Source of the DNA: Takakia lepidozioides
Taxonomy: Eukaryota; Plantae; Bryophyta
Assembly: GCA_030704615.1 (NCBI GenBank)
Contig: CM060732.1
Span: 13,950,001-14,014,000 of the forward strand
Length of the DNA: 64,000 nucleotides
Direction of reading: 5' to 3'
Below the pieces are notes generated by a model. That model was not told where the DNA came from and made no database searches. It worked only from the letters and a program-made list of their open reading frames with translations. Shown here in pieces: positions 47,912 to 61,200 of this stretch. Within the stretch, counting starts at the first letter, position 1; every line of letters begins with the position of its first letter. The position numbers were made by a program, and so were the translations under genes.

Positions 47912-48430
47912 CAGAAATCATCCCCCGGATGGAAATATGGCGCCGAATTTCCATCCCGGGCCTCCACGTGGCTGCCAGAAATCATCCCCCGGATGGAAAT
48001 ATGGCGCCGAATTTCCATCCGAGGCCTCCACGTGACTGCCAAAAATCATCCCCGGATGGAAATATGGCGCCATATTTCCATCCGAGGCCTAAACGTGGCT
48101 GCCAGAAATCTTCCCCCGGATGGAAACATGGCACCATATTTCTATCCGAGGCCTCCACGTGGCTGCCATAAATCATCCCCCGGATGTAAATATGGCGCCG
48201 AATTTCCATCCGAGGCCTGCACGCGGCTGCCAGAAATCATGCCCCGGATGGAAATGTGGCGCCATATTTCCATCCGAGGTTGGAACGTGGCTGCCAGAAA
48301 TCATGGCCCGGATGGAAATGTGGCGCCATATTTCCATCCGAGGCTGGAACGTGGCTGCCAGAAATCATGGCCCGGATGGAAATGTGGCGCCGAATTTCCA
48401 TCCGAGGCCTCCACGTGCCTGGCAGAAATC
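47912..48430 (+). repeat. ~63-bp tandem array (8 copies) with the same palindrome
   Basis: GGCTGCCAGAAATCATCCCCCGGATGGAAATATGGCGCCGAATTTCCATCCGAGGCCTCCACGT. Confidence 0.93.
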
Positions 48431-49258
48431 CACTCATTTTCATGTTTTGCATCAAAGACCTGCAACACTGGTAGATGCCATACAAGCCGGCAAGGAGTTC
48501 GACAACATGCATCGCCAGGTACAACGGGCCAAGATGCCCAATTTTGCAGTTCCATCATACATTACGATCGAGCCCACGCAGGAGCCAATGCCATTAGCGG
48601 TGATCCAACCCGCTCTACACTATACGCCGTCATATGTAGGAGGAGCACGGCCATACGCCCCGGCGACGTCCCCTACACCAGCAGTAGCACCGACCGTGCC
48701 AAAGTATACGAATGCTGCCCCTACTAACTCGTATGCAGATTCCACTGGGCAGTCTGATTCACGGGTGGCCATTTGGAGGCGCAAGTCACCTCTCTCATCA
48801 AAACCATCGAAACAATGGGCGATCGCATGAGCTCCATCGGCCAGCAGATCACCAACTACGTGGGGTATCGAGATGCTGCTCCAGTAGGAGAATCCGGCCC
48901 CAACCCGGCAAAGGTATGGTGCCCCAACTGCGACGGTCCCGGGCATGCTGCTCAACATTGTCCTTATCCCACTCGGGAGAGGCAGGTAAGCCGAAACCCG
49001 ACTTATCAGGATAGATCAAAACGACAATTCAATCAATCCAGGAAGGGTTGTAAAAAATGTGGACACCCGCGCCACACCACTGAAGAGTGTTGGAGTGATA
49101 TAGTATGTTTGCATTGCGGCCAAAGAGGCCATCCTTTGGAGAGATGTTCCCGGAGGCAGGTGGACCGACCGGCCCCTGCCACCATCCAGCAAGTAGAGAG
49201 GAATTTGGAAGGGCAACGAGCCCCATTCCCGGATCAATATGCGACTTTTCCGTGCTAA
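48431..49258 (+). pseudogene. C-terminal half of the same gag, with three CCHC zinc knuckles
   Basis: HVLHQRPATLVDAIQAGKEFD; CPNCDGPGHAAQHC, CKKCGHPRHTTEEC, CLHCGQRGHPLERC; one frameshift near 48770. Confidence 0.85.
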
Positions 49259-50320
49259 CGTGGGTGGGCCGTGGCAACGGGCGTGGAGTGGCGGGATTGC
49301 TCAAGGAGCTTCCACCATTGCAGTAGCTAAATACTCAATCACTTGTTGTTTCCTTCTTTCTTCATGTAAGTTTGCAGCTGTCGCATTTCAATTCCCCTGT
49401 AGCATTTCATTTCTCCTGTCGCATCTCAATTTGGTGTTCACTTGGAGAATGTATCCTGAAGGCCAGAAGTTGAAGCGGGCCTCCTGGTACCGCAGTGTCG
49501 AGGAGGGGTGACTAAAGAACCAACCAATTCTTGATGAAGTGCTGGAGAGTCACCGCAGGTGGTTTGAAAGTTTCGGCGCCGAAGTGAAAAAACAGAAGGG
49601 TGCCCAAAGCTCAATTCCACGACATAATCCAAAAGCAGAAGAAGCCATGATCGTGGTGTTGCATTGGTTGGGTCAGAGTGGTATCCACAAGAAGGAGCCA
49701 GTGGCCTACTTCTGGTGCCTTGCAAATTGTAACAAGAGACTCCACAATGTGGACAAGAAGTACCCCTTGCTCCACGACTACTCTTTGTGGACACCTTGAC
49801 ACGCCTTCCATTGCGGGGACTTCCACTTCCGCTCGTGTGGTAAGGCCCTCCGTTGGTAAGTGCACTAAGTGCCACCGAGATGATTCTAGGGTCAAATCTT
49901 GCTACTTGATGGGTGTGGTATACTCTTCTCCCCCTTCCCTGGGCGGTGTCCCATTTCTCAGCCTCCATGGCACGGTTGATGTGAAAGAGGTTATTTTATC
50001 CTCTCAATATCAAAGGGCCTGATTAGTGAGCTGTCGCTCCCAAGTGTTTCCCTTTAAATAATTTAAAATAAAACAACAACACCAACTACCAAGTCCCAAG
50101 ATCAACTCTACATGTGACTTAAAATAGGCGCATTAGTGGTTTGACCCCTCGCCCTTCTCACAAATTGGAATCATCCATACTCTTTCCATGTGAACCGTGG
50201 GCATCTGTGCTACATGGAAGTGTGCTTCCATGCCCCAAGCTTCGTGGTCACAAAGACCATGAAGACCATGCAAATACTAAATCCAGTCCATCATGCTAAG
50301 TACTAAATCCAGCAGATCAG

Positions 50321-50376
50321 GATGGTAAAACACCACCTGATGGTAAAACACCACCTGATGGTAAAACACCACGTGT
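50321..50376 (+). repeat. 18-bp unit x3 (GATGGTAAAACACCACCT) ending in CACGTG, upstream of the callose synthase gene
   Basis: Directly visible; any regulatory role is untested. Confidence 0.8.
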
Positions 50377-51901
50377 TGGGGCTGGTGCTTTGTTAACATT
50401 TAGAAACACTGCCGCCCTAATTGAAGATCTCGAAAACCAGTGTGGGACATCGGTGGAAAGCAGAGCAGGGTGGGTGCAGGTATAGCGAGGCGGCTTTCAA
50501 GTGTCAAGTGTGCGTGCAACGGTCCTGTGCCAGTGCTTTTTCCCGCAATAAACCAGCGAGAGAGAAAGAGAGCGAGAGAGAGACAGAGAGAACGGAGAAG
50601 AGGAGGAAAAGATGGTGGTCTGCGTTCTCGTTCATCCAAGAACAGTACATGCATGCAAAAGATAAATACGAATACGTATATGTAGATGAGCGCAAATACT
50701 GGGGTGGCTGAAGAATAGAGCTGAAGTAAAAGTAAAACGGTAAAGGAGTAAAACAGGCCTCGAGATGAGAGCCACTTTAGGAGTACTGAGCTGCACGGAG
50801 CTTCTTCCTCTCTTGGGCTCACGTTGTGCAATCTCGTGCGACTTTTCTGTTAGCAGTGCTAGGTCTCGCATTGGCGGTGACGGAGGGATCATCGGTGTGT
50901 GCGATTTGTAGATTGGTACTGTACAGTGAAGCAGCATGAGTCTGCAAGGCGAACTTGGCATCGCCTGCTTATCTTTGCGTCTTTGATCGTTTTGCGGTTC
51001 AGCTGGTGCTGGAGGCGTGATGTAGGGTGGAGCAGCAGGTGGATCATAATTGCAACGGCGACCGAGCAGTCAGATGTCTAGAAGAGTGGGAGGGTCTTCG
51101 TATGTGAATTGTGCTTAACCATTCTGTGGTAATGGAATTCGACTGAAGCATTGCTTTCTGACAGTACGAAGCGGAGGATTTTCCACTGCGAGGGATGCTA
51201 GTTTCTTTCAATGAAGAACCGAACAGCTCAGGTATCGATGTCTAGTCAGCAGAGAAGAATGCGTGCGTTGCTACAGGCAACTCTCCGACATTCTTCAGTT
51301 CTCCAGCTGACTGTTTCCTAGGCTTGTAGGTAAGGCTTCCGCCTTCGCTCTTCTGGATGATGACAAGGCCGTTCAATCCTACACTCGTGAACCCTGTAAG
51401 TCTCAATCAGCTCACTATGATGTTGTGATCTGCATTTTCGGCCAGGCCGGAGCTGCACCCACCGCATGTGTCTTCCTGTAGGTAACGAAAGGCTTGATCG
51501 AGCCATATCTGTCGTGTGTGAGAAGAGACTCCATAGGATCCTTTCTCAATGGAATCCTTTCTCAATGGGGCTGTTGAGTTCGTTTCCAAGCTGTTGGCGT
51601 GTGATTTCCCGAAATGGAGATGAGATGCATAGATTTCTGGCTCTGTATGAACTTTTTCTGCAGTGAAGTTTGGGACGCCATTCTATGTCTTTCATGCCTA
51701 AGGGTGTTGTTATGAGTTACTTCATCCGTACAACGCTTCCATGGCTCAGTGCCGGGGCTGCGTTCCTCCACCCCCAAGCCCTGGAGTCGAAGGGCACTGC
51801 TGCCATGAAAGAGGGGACTGCTGTATTGTCAACGGCTTGTGCCCTCTATCTGGAACCCAGCCTTGGGGTAGACGGAACACAGGCATAGATGCCCGGCAGC
51901 T

Positions 51902-51924
51902 AGAGAGAGAGAGAGAGAGAGAGA
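51902..51924 (+). repeat. (AG)n microsatellite
   Basis: AGAGAG run in the putative 5' leader. Confidence 0.9.
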
Positions 51925-52299
51925 ATTGCCTGGACTTAAGTGAATAAGTGAAGCGTTGCATTTCCTTTCTGCTGCAAGATGTTTTTCCCATGCTTTGAAA
52001 TTCTGTTGTGTAATGCGTGTTTGTCTAAGGTATGAGGACGACACATAATCCCTGGCACCTGGACTGAAATTGTGTTTTGTTCCCATGAAAATCCTGAGAG
52101 AGTCTGGTTAGCTGCCACGACCTACATCTGAGAGTATCTTAGTAAATGAGCTAAAGTAGTACTCACCTGACACTGGAATTTGCGGGCATCAAATTGTTTG
52201 CGAAGCATGTTCTTCTGTTCATGCACACTGATCATTTCTCTGCTTGCTGAAAGTGTAGGTGTAATTGGTGAGTCAGGAACGTGAAACAGGAGCAGCAGG

Positions 52300-55200
52300 A
52301 TGGCTGGTGCCATAGGTGGTGAAGGGCAGAGCACACCAATTGTTAGGCGTCTTTCCCGCACATACACAACAGGCGCACTATCAGAGAACTTCGACAGCGA
52401 AGTGGTCCCTTCATCCCTTGCGTCCATTGCCCCAATTTTACGTGTTGCAAATGAGATTGAGGCATCACGACCCCGAGTTGCCTACCTTTGTATGTGTCTA
52501 CCCTCTGCGTAGTCTAGTTGCGTGCATTTTTATGAATAATTTTAGCAATATGAACAGTTCTGCAGGCCCCAGCGCTAATGGGATCAGAAATGAGATATCA
52601 CCCTTTCTGTGTACAGAGCAGTTGCAAAGCAATTTGTTTTTTTTGTGGTGTGTCTCAAGCAGTAGGCCAGCTGAGGATAGGACATATAGCAGCCAAGTAT
52701 TCTGCACTCCTTCCCCCACGGTACCTGCTGTGCTGGACCTTAAGTCGTGTGCATGTTGGGCAATGTTTTAATTCATGACAGGTCGGTATCATGCTTTTGA
52801 GAAAGCACACCGGATTGATCCAACCTCAAGTGGAAGAGGTGTAAGGCAATTCAAGACGGCGCTGTTGCAGCGGCTTGAAAAAGTACATTGGCCATCGTAA
52901 TTTGTTCCTCTCAGTTGTTGCAATTTGCTGTGACTCTTAGCCGTACTCAGCAAAATAGGGATTCTCTTGCTGTTTCACCCAAGATTTTAAAGAGAATATG
53001 CAGCAAGCTATCAATGCTTTCTGCTAGTAGGGTTTTGTCAATATGCTATCCTCTCAATTGCCTGCAGAAAGTGTATGGCAAGAAGTGAATGGCTTAATGT
53101 TGGATCTAGGGAACCAATATGTACTGCATTGTTGGTAAATTGACCTCCATAATAGGATGCTGAACCAACCTTTGCGTTACGACATCGACGAAGTGATGCT
53201 CGGGAGATTCAGAGTTTTTATCAACAATATTATGAGAATTACGTGAAGGCTCTGGATGGAGCCGAGCATTCTGACCGGTGAGGGTTCATGATGCATATGA
53301 ACTGTTGAAGGTTGAATAGACACGAGAGGGGGGGGGGTAGTGGTTGAAGAAGAAAAATTTCCCATTCGCAGGGAGAGAGGAGGGGAAGGTAGAGGTAGAG
53401 AGCAAGCTGGGGGGAGGTCTTCCTGCAGTTTCCTTGAAAGATGTCTTTGAAGCCCTGTGTGGTCGAATTTGACAATTCACCCTATGCACTTGCCTGAGGC
53501 ATCCTTCTTGGCCTGGCGTGTTGTTGGTTGACAGAGCACAGCTGGCCAAAGCCTATCAGACTGCAGCAGTGCTCTTTGAGGTTCTCAAAGCTGTGAACCG
53601 TGACAAGACGGAGGAACCACCACCAGAGGTGAACTCATAATAATTTTGTGGATATTTCCTTTCAATTCAATTTTGGGGGATATAGTCGGGTAGAAATCCT
53701 TCTCAATAGTAAGCCTTGCAGCTCATGTCGTCACTTTTTCGCTCTTGAAACAAGTCTTTCTGAATCCTTGTGCTAATGCTATACCATACAAGTCCATTCT
53801 TTCCATATGTATACGATCAGTCATGTACTTGAGAGACATAAGAATGCTTCATTGTTGGAGTCTATTTTATCCAATTCCCAATGCATTATCTCAAGTGGGC
53901 AGATTTGCAAGGCCTCCTTCGAATTCGGATTGTATATGCACTCGATTTTAAAGTAGGGGAAGAAGTTGGAAGAGGCTGGTGAAACTGTACTGATGTTAGG
54001 CATGGTATGTGGAGTAGATCATTGCAGCTGCTAAGGATGTTGAGGAGAAGAAGGAGATATATGTTCCATACAATATTCTCCCGCTTGATGCAGCTGGTGC
54101 CTCACAAGCAATTATGCAGCTAGATGAGGTAAGACAACATTGACACATGCCTTCTCTCTCTGCGGTATGCCGAGAGGGAGAGAAATGAAATGGGACTTTG
54201 CAACATCCGCTGGAATCTCAAAGAGCCTATGGGACAAGAGGAAGAAAGAAACAACAAAAGAGAGAAGGGCCACAAACAGCCCAAAAGCAAGTAAACCTCA
54301 AGGGATTGTCTAAGAGTCACAAGCTGACAAGCATTTCTGATCCTCGTAATGGAAGACCTCCGTGAGAGATTGGGTATCGTAGAATAGACAGTGGAAACTC
54401 CCATGGATCTCGTAGTGTAAAGGGCAGTGAAAGAAGAAATATTCTTCATTTTCAATTTCCTTGTAGTTCCCAGCGCAAGCGGGGCATAGTTGGTCATCCT
54501 GTTGCAGATTTTCCAACCTATTAGTCTCTATCCGCAGACTGCGGGAGCCCACCCTGAACCTCCCCAATGCCCTTAGAGAGGGAGATAGAGCTGCAGACAG
54601 GTAATTAGGCCGCAAGATCCTATCATCACGGAGAACCAACAATGTCTCCCAAGAGAATTGCAGTCTTGTTGGTAGAGTGGCTGGTTTCCATGTCCGCTTG
54701 ACCTAAGAAAGAATGATTATGATATTTAGAAAGAAGAAAGAATGAATTAATGATTATGTCTGCGGGAAGGGTCGAATTGTTTCAGTCCACTGATGGTTTT
54801 TCCTCTTTTGTTGCTGACCCTAACTTGAATGGATCGACAGATAAAGGCAGGTGTTGAGGCACTTCGTAATGTCCGTGGTCTGCCTTGGCCACCTGCAATG
54901 GATCAATCTCGTCACAAGTCTGGTGAACTTGATTGCCTCGATTGGCTTCAGGCCATGTTTGGATTTCAGGTTTGTGCTTCCATATCAGTGTTTTCCTATT
55001 ATCCACCGTTTCTCATTTTCTCATGCAGTGCTGTATGATGAACAAATGTACTGCAAAGCTGAGTTTTGGAACTTGATGGATGGTCTACTCTCAATCTGGA
55101 CCACCAAAGGCAGATTGACTTGTAATGTATTCTAGGCCTCCATGAGCACAAAGAAAAAACCACCGTCTTTGAGGAGGGGCAGGGCTATGAAGCTTGACAC

Positions 55201-58200
55201 TGAGTTAGGGTTCACTGCCTGTCTCCATTTCAACTTGTTTACTCTTTGGATAGTAAGGCCATTGTACAGTTAAGTATGTACATTTGGGAGTATGAATGAA
55301 AGGGACAGATTTGTTTCTTGTTTTCCTTTTATCCAATGTTGTAACTGTTTGAGAATCTATTGACAACATGCCGAAGGACTAGCCAGTTAAGTTGTCACCC
55401 GCATGGTGCAGGAAGGTTTGTTTTGGTTGGCAGTACGTGGTCTGTTTAGTTTGCAGAAAGGCTCATGCGTTGACACTGGTATGTCTCAAGTTATAGTTAC
55501 TGACTTGACTTGGGATTTCCTGCAGAAAGACAATGTGGCCAATCAGCGTGAACACTTGATTTTGATGCTTGCTAATGTGCACATTAGATTGCATCCAAAG
55601 CCTGAACCTATGCACAAGGTGTTCTTCATTACTTTTCCATCTTCGTGGCTTGTGTTGGCTTTGCTTCACATTGTTGCTGTTTGTGTGCAGTTTTGGAGCA
55701 GCTGTTTACTTCAGGTCAGAACCCTCTCTCCTCCTTCAAAGATGGAATAAACTTATCTGGGAGGTATCTTGCAGGTTGATGACCGAGCTCTAAATGAAGT
55801 AATGACCAAACTATTCAAGAACTACAAGAGTTGGTGCAAGTTTTTAGGCCGGAAGCACAGCCTCTGGTATTAAACTCTGTGAAAGGCAACTCCTGTTGTC
55901 CAGCAATTGTGGTTATCTAGACATGTTGATCATTGTTGTGACTGGTTAAACAGAAGCAACTCGGCAGTGTGGTGTTGATTCGTGTCTGTACTGAAATGAT
56001 CAATTGTGCTTTTCAGTGTACTTCCTGGCTATCAGGTTATTGCTAAGTGGCCCATGTTGTGTTTATGGGGAGTACATATTTGAACCTTTCCCTTTTTTGT
56101 TGTGGTTTAGTGATCGTTGAACTCGCGAGTGCAGGCTGCCAGCAATACACCAAGAAATACAGCAGCGCAAAGTTCTGTACATGGGACTCTATCTCCTCAT
56201 ATGGGGGGAGGCTTCCAACCTGCGCTTCATGCCTGAGTGCCTTTGTTATATCTACCATCATGTGAGCACTTTGGAAGAAAATGAGTTTGGATGTTTGGGG
56301 TGGTTGTTACCTGTACGTGCAAGGGTCATGTTCTTATTGCTCACATGCATCAATGACAAGCAGATCTCGAACTTGTAGTTTCTTTTCAGGCTACTCTGTC
56401 GTGCATCTGTACTAAAGACACAAATGTTTTCACCCTTGCATATGTTCCTCAACCTCTGTGACTCAAAAGTGTTCAGTGTCTTCTGTTGACCACTTAAGCC
56501 CTGCTAGTTGACATCTATTTTGTGCAAAGTTTTCCTTACTATCTGGAAGCTCTCATAATTCCTTCGGCTGTGTTTCTATCACATGGCATTCCATACTGAC
56601 CATGTTCTTTCTAGTCTTCAGTTTGTGTCCTCATGTCACATCTTTTGCAGCTTGTACCAGTTTTGAAACTTAAATGGCACAAATTCATTGCAAGTAAACC
56701 ATCCATTGCAACAGATGTAGGTTTTATTTAACTTTTTGCATTGGTTTCCACTAGTGTTTTGCACTCTTACTCTGTCTACCATCCATGATTGAACTGGCAA
56801 GTATTCTTCGGCAGATGGCATCTGAACTACATGGCATGCTGGCTGGAAATGTAAGCATGGTAACGGGGGATAACATGAAGCCAGCCTACGGAGGGGAAGA
56901 TGAGTCCTTTCTCAGACAAGTTGTGACACCGATTTACAGGATCATCTCAAAGGTACTTAAAACTTGCTAGATGTTTAGACTAGTTTCGAAAACAGTGCAT
57001 AGAGGTTATCATAAGGCACAATTCAACTGGGTCTTTGGGGTCAGGGCTCTTTATTTTTTTTTCTAAAGCTTGATGTCAAAATGTACAGTGGAGTTTCTGA
57101 TTAGACACTCACTTCAATTCAAGTTTGGTGTGTATATGTTTTCAGTGGGCCTGTTGTGTTGTTCCACTGTTGTCTTGTGGGCTCTCTGGGCCATCCATGG
57201 AGGTTATGCATTTCATTCATTCATTCTTCTCCCACTGTCATGTGCCAATGATCCAGGAGTCTCTAAGCAACCGAAATGGCACTGCATCACACTCTGCATG
57301 GCGTAACTATGATGACCTCAATGAGTATTTCTGGTAGGTTGCCTAGTTTGACCATCTCCAGTTTCCTAAGCAGCATTTAATGATGTTTTATTTTGCTTAT
57401 GAGGAGAGCATCTTCTGATCCAACATAAGGTATTGTCCAGATAGAGAGATACATCCATAGGCAGTCCAAAATATATGACATGGAGAATCACCGGTCGGGT
57501 GGAGGGGAGATCTCACTCGCTCTTTTCCTTGTCAGGAAAGTTGACTGTTTCTGCCTGGGATGGCCTATGCGTGAGGATGTTGACTTTTTTGTGCCACCTG
57601 CTATAGGAGGCCGCAAACTTCCTTTCATGGTATGTTTCTTTTTCGGTGACAGATCTGAGTTCTGAGTTCAATCCCTTTTTGTGTAACAGTGTCTCCTTAC
57701 CGCCACACAACTTCTGTTCTTACCTCATAGTGTCAAATTATTCACTTTGAAAGGAGAACTGCATCTTCCTTGGTAGTAGTTGCGTGAACCGACTAGAACA
57801 CAATTGTGGTCTATTTGGCGACTCTCCTTTGGGCAGCTACATGTAAATCAATGGTGGTGGGTTTGTTACCCCCTTGGTTATGAACTTAACAGTATTTCAA
57901 GTGGTACTCCAATTTGACTTTGCAGGTGTTAGGGGTAGATCAGGATGACCCACTGGGAAATGCATGTATTGCCTAGAGGTTTTTCGACTTACAGATGCAG
58001 TACTGTGGATTCACTGATGCAGAAGGCACCTGCAGCTAAGCCATTGAGACCGGTGGGTAAGGCCAACTTTGTGGAGATCCGTACCTTCTGGCATCTCTTT
58101 CGAAGCTTTGATCGTATGTGGTCCTTTTATATTCTGACACTGCAGGTATGTGCTGATAGTCTTGTTCGTTTCAGTATGATTTCCATGGATGACATTCACT

Positions 58201-61200
58201 AGCCTCATAGCCTGCAGCACCCCTTCAGTGGAAAGCACGCAACTACCCCGTTATGTCTTCCTCCTCTTCTCTGTTTCGTTTTTTCTTCTTTTTCTTCTTC
58301 TTTCTTATCCCCTCAAGTGTTTACTTTTTCAGCCTTCTTCGGCTTGTTTTCCTCGCACTTTCTTTAGGTGATAGCCAACAACATGACTGAGTTTTCCCGT
58401 TACTTCCAGACATGTTTCTGTTTTCCCTTGGAATCTGGAAAAAGTCCAGAAGAAACTGTTTCAATAGCTTGTAGAAATAGACCTCACTCCGAAAGACCAA
58501 AACTACAAGATAACTACATTCTGTGTATATAGTTTGTCACTACTGTTGCAAAAGTTTTAATGTTCTGTAATTGGTCTTTTACCTCAGGCCTTGGTAGTTG
58601 TGGCATGGAATGTGGGTGACAATGTGCTTTGTGCATTCAATGGATCGGTTTTCAAGCAAGTCCTGAGTATCTTCATCACAGCATTTATCCTTCGGCTTCT
58701 TCAAGTCCAGAAGAAATTGTTTCAATAGCTTGTATAAATAGACCTCACTTCGAAAGACCAAACTACAAGATAAATTCTGCGTATACAGTTTGTCACTACT
58801 GTTGCAGAAGTTTTAATATTCTGTAATTGGTCTTTTACCTCAGGCCTTGGTAGTTGTGGCATGGAATGTGGGTGACAATGTGCTTCATGCATTCAGTGGA
58901 TCGGTTGTCAAGCAAGTCCTGAGTATCTTCATCACAGCATCTATCCTTCGGCTTATTCAAGGTATTTCCTTACAGAATGACTCTCTACTGTATCATTGTA
59001 GTTGTTAGCCTGAAGGTGTGGGAAGATACTGGTATATAATGTGTGTGCTGTGCATTGTTTGTCTGCCCAGAGGGCAGAGACTAAGCAGGAGAAAAGAATT
59101 TGTCCATTGGTGGGTGGCTTGTTTAATAACGTTGGACCTATGTAAATGTGGACTCCCAACAGCTGTTCTCGATATTGCCCTGAGCTACAGAGCATTCCAC
59201 AGCCTGAAGTTTCTGGGGGTACTGCGACTTTTTCTGAAGTTAGTGACATCAGCTGCGTGGGTGATTATTCTTACTATTTGCTACGTGCACACATGGAACA
59301 ACCCCACTGGCTTGATCAGAGACATACAGCAGTGGCTTGGCAAAAGTTGGCAAAGTTCCTATCTTTATATTGCAGCAGTGGTGGTCTACTTAATACCAAA
59401 CATGATTGGGGCTATCTTCTTCTTGTTTCCTATGTTGAGGCGGTGGATTGAGAGCTCAAATTGGAGAATTGTGCGCTTTCTGCTCTGGTGGTCACAGGTT
59501 GCTTCTCCCCTCTTCATCCCGCTTCTTCATTCCTATGTAGAACTCCCTCTGGTCACCTGTTTTATGCCCTTCCAAATGGTCTACTTCCTCCAGTTGCTTT
59601 CATCTCTTAAACACCCTCAAGATGAACAAAAAGGAGGCAGGGAAAGGGACCCCTGGCGTTCAGATTTTACTTGACTACAGCATTTCCACTGTAACAGAAG
59701 TAGGAAACAGAGCTCTCTAACATGATCATGCTATGTTCGGCATTCTGTGAACTGCAGCCACGACTCTATGTTGGCCGTGGAATGCACGAGAGTCAGTTTG
59801 CTCTCTTTGGGTAAGCAGCTCATGGTCCTCTACTGAAAATAAAGAAACAAAGTTTGTATAGAATCTATATGTGGTTTGTAGATTCGTAGAGCCTGACCCA
59901 ATTCTCCTAGTCATCCAAATAGTGCCTTCAATATGCTCAAAGTTGCAAGTAGGATTCGCATGTTTCCCCACAAAGCTTGAGATTTAGTCGGTCACTGGCA
60001 TTATCCTTCAGGCCAGTAGCCACCTAATGGTCCCTTTCCTTCTCTGCACCTGACATTGTAATTCTTATTCCATGTTTCTTGTCCCATGTAGGGACATGTG
60101 TCTCTGGTTTGAAGTTTGTCCTTATTCATTTTGATTGTCACAGGTATACATTCTTCTGGGTACTACTCCTTGCAAGCAAGATTGTGTTCAGCTACTATCT
60201 TCAGGTACAGGTTCTGCTTCTCAGGTATCAGGTGTGATATGCTGGTTCAATCATATAATGTAGAACTTCATTGGAAGGTAACCTGTGCTGTCATCAGGAG
60301 CCCTTACAGAATTGTCCTTGGACACTGCTTTGTAGGTTGTAAGATCACTCTCTAATAGTTGAGTCCCTGGGATGGCGCTATGCTGTCTGTAGATGATGTG
60401 CCTCTTCCTCCTGTAGATGTCATGAGCTTCTTTCTTTTGATATTTGATGTAATTAACACAGATCAAGCCATTGGTGGGTCCAACAAAGACCATTATGAAT
60501 CAGCGCGGGGTAACATATGCCTGGCATGAACTGTTCCCACATGGTATGAGACCCAACCTACACTTACTGCTTAACTCGATAACTGGGGTAGTCAGTGGGT
60601 AAACCCACTAAGCTAATGTTCTGCATAGGGATTGATTGCATCGTCTGCGCCTGCTTTGCAGATGTCCTATGGTTTTGTTGAATGTGTTTTGCTCTGCTTT
60701 TGGTCTTGCAGCAAACAGAAATCCTGGTGCTCTGATCTCTCTTTGGGCTCCAGTTATTCTGGTATGTTAACCCTTTTCCTACTGAGTGCAATCTCAGTAT
60801 CTTGAGTTTGGCATGCAGAGAGGTGCTGTAGGATCTACCAGTTGATCTATTCTCCAAGATGAATTAACTTACAATAAAGTACTGATGAGTGCAGGTGTAC
60901 TTCATGGATTCTCAAATTTGGTATGCTGTTTATTCAACACTGTTTGGCGGTATTTCTGGATCTTTTCGCCGCCTTGGAGAGGTGCATCTCAACCATGTTC
61001 GAGTCTCTTGTATCTGCGTCTATTGGATGTATATCAACCTGTGAAACTTTGTGCGTCGATCTCTGGTTGATTCATGTCATTGTCACTTACTGCTTGCTTT
61101 CCAGTTATGCTTACTCTTAAACAAACATGTTTTTGTCTTCCGCATGTGTAGGCCTCGTTGTGCACGCCTCTTTGTTAGGTGATGTCCATCTTGTTCTGTC

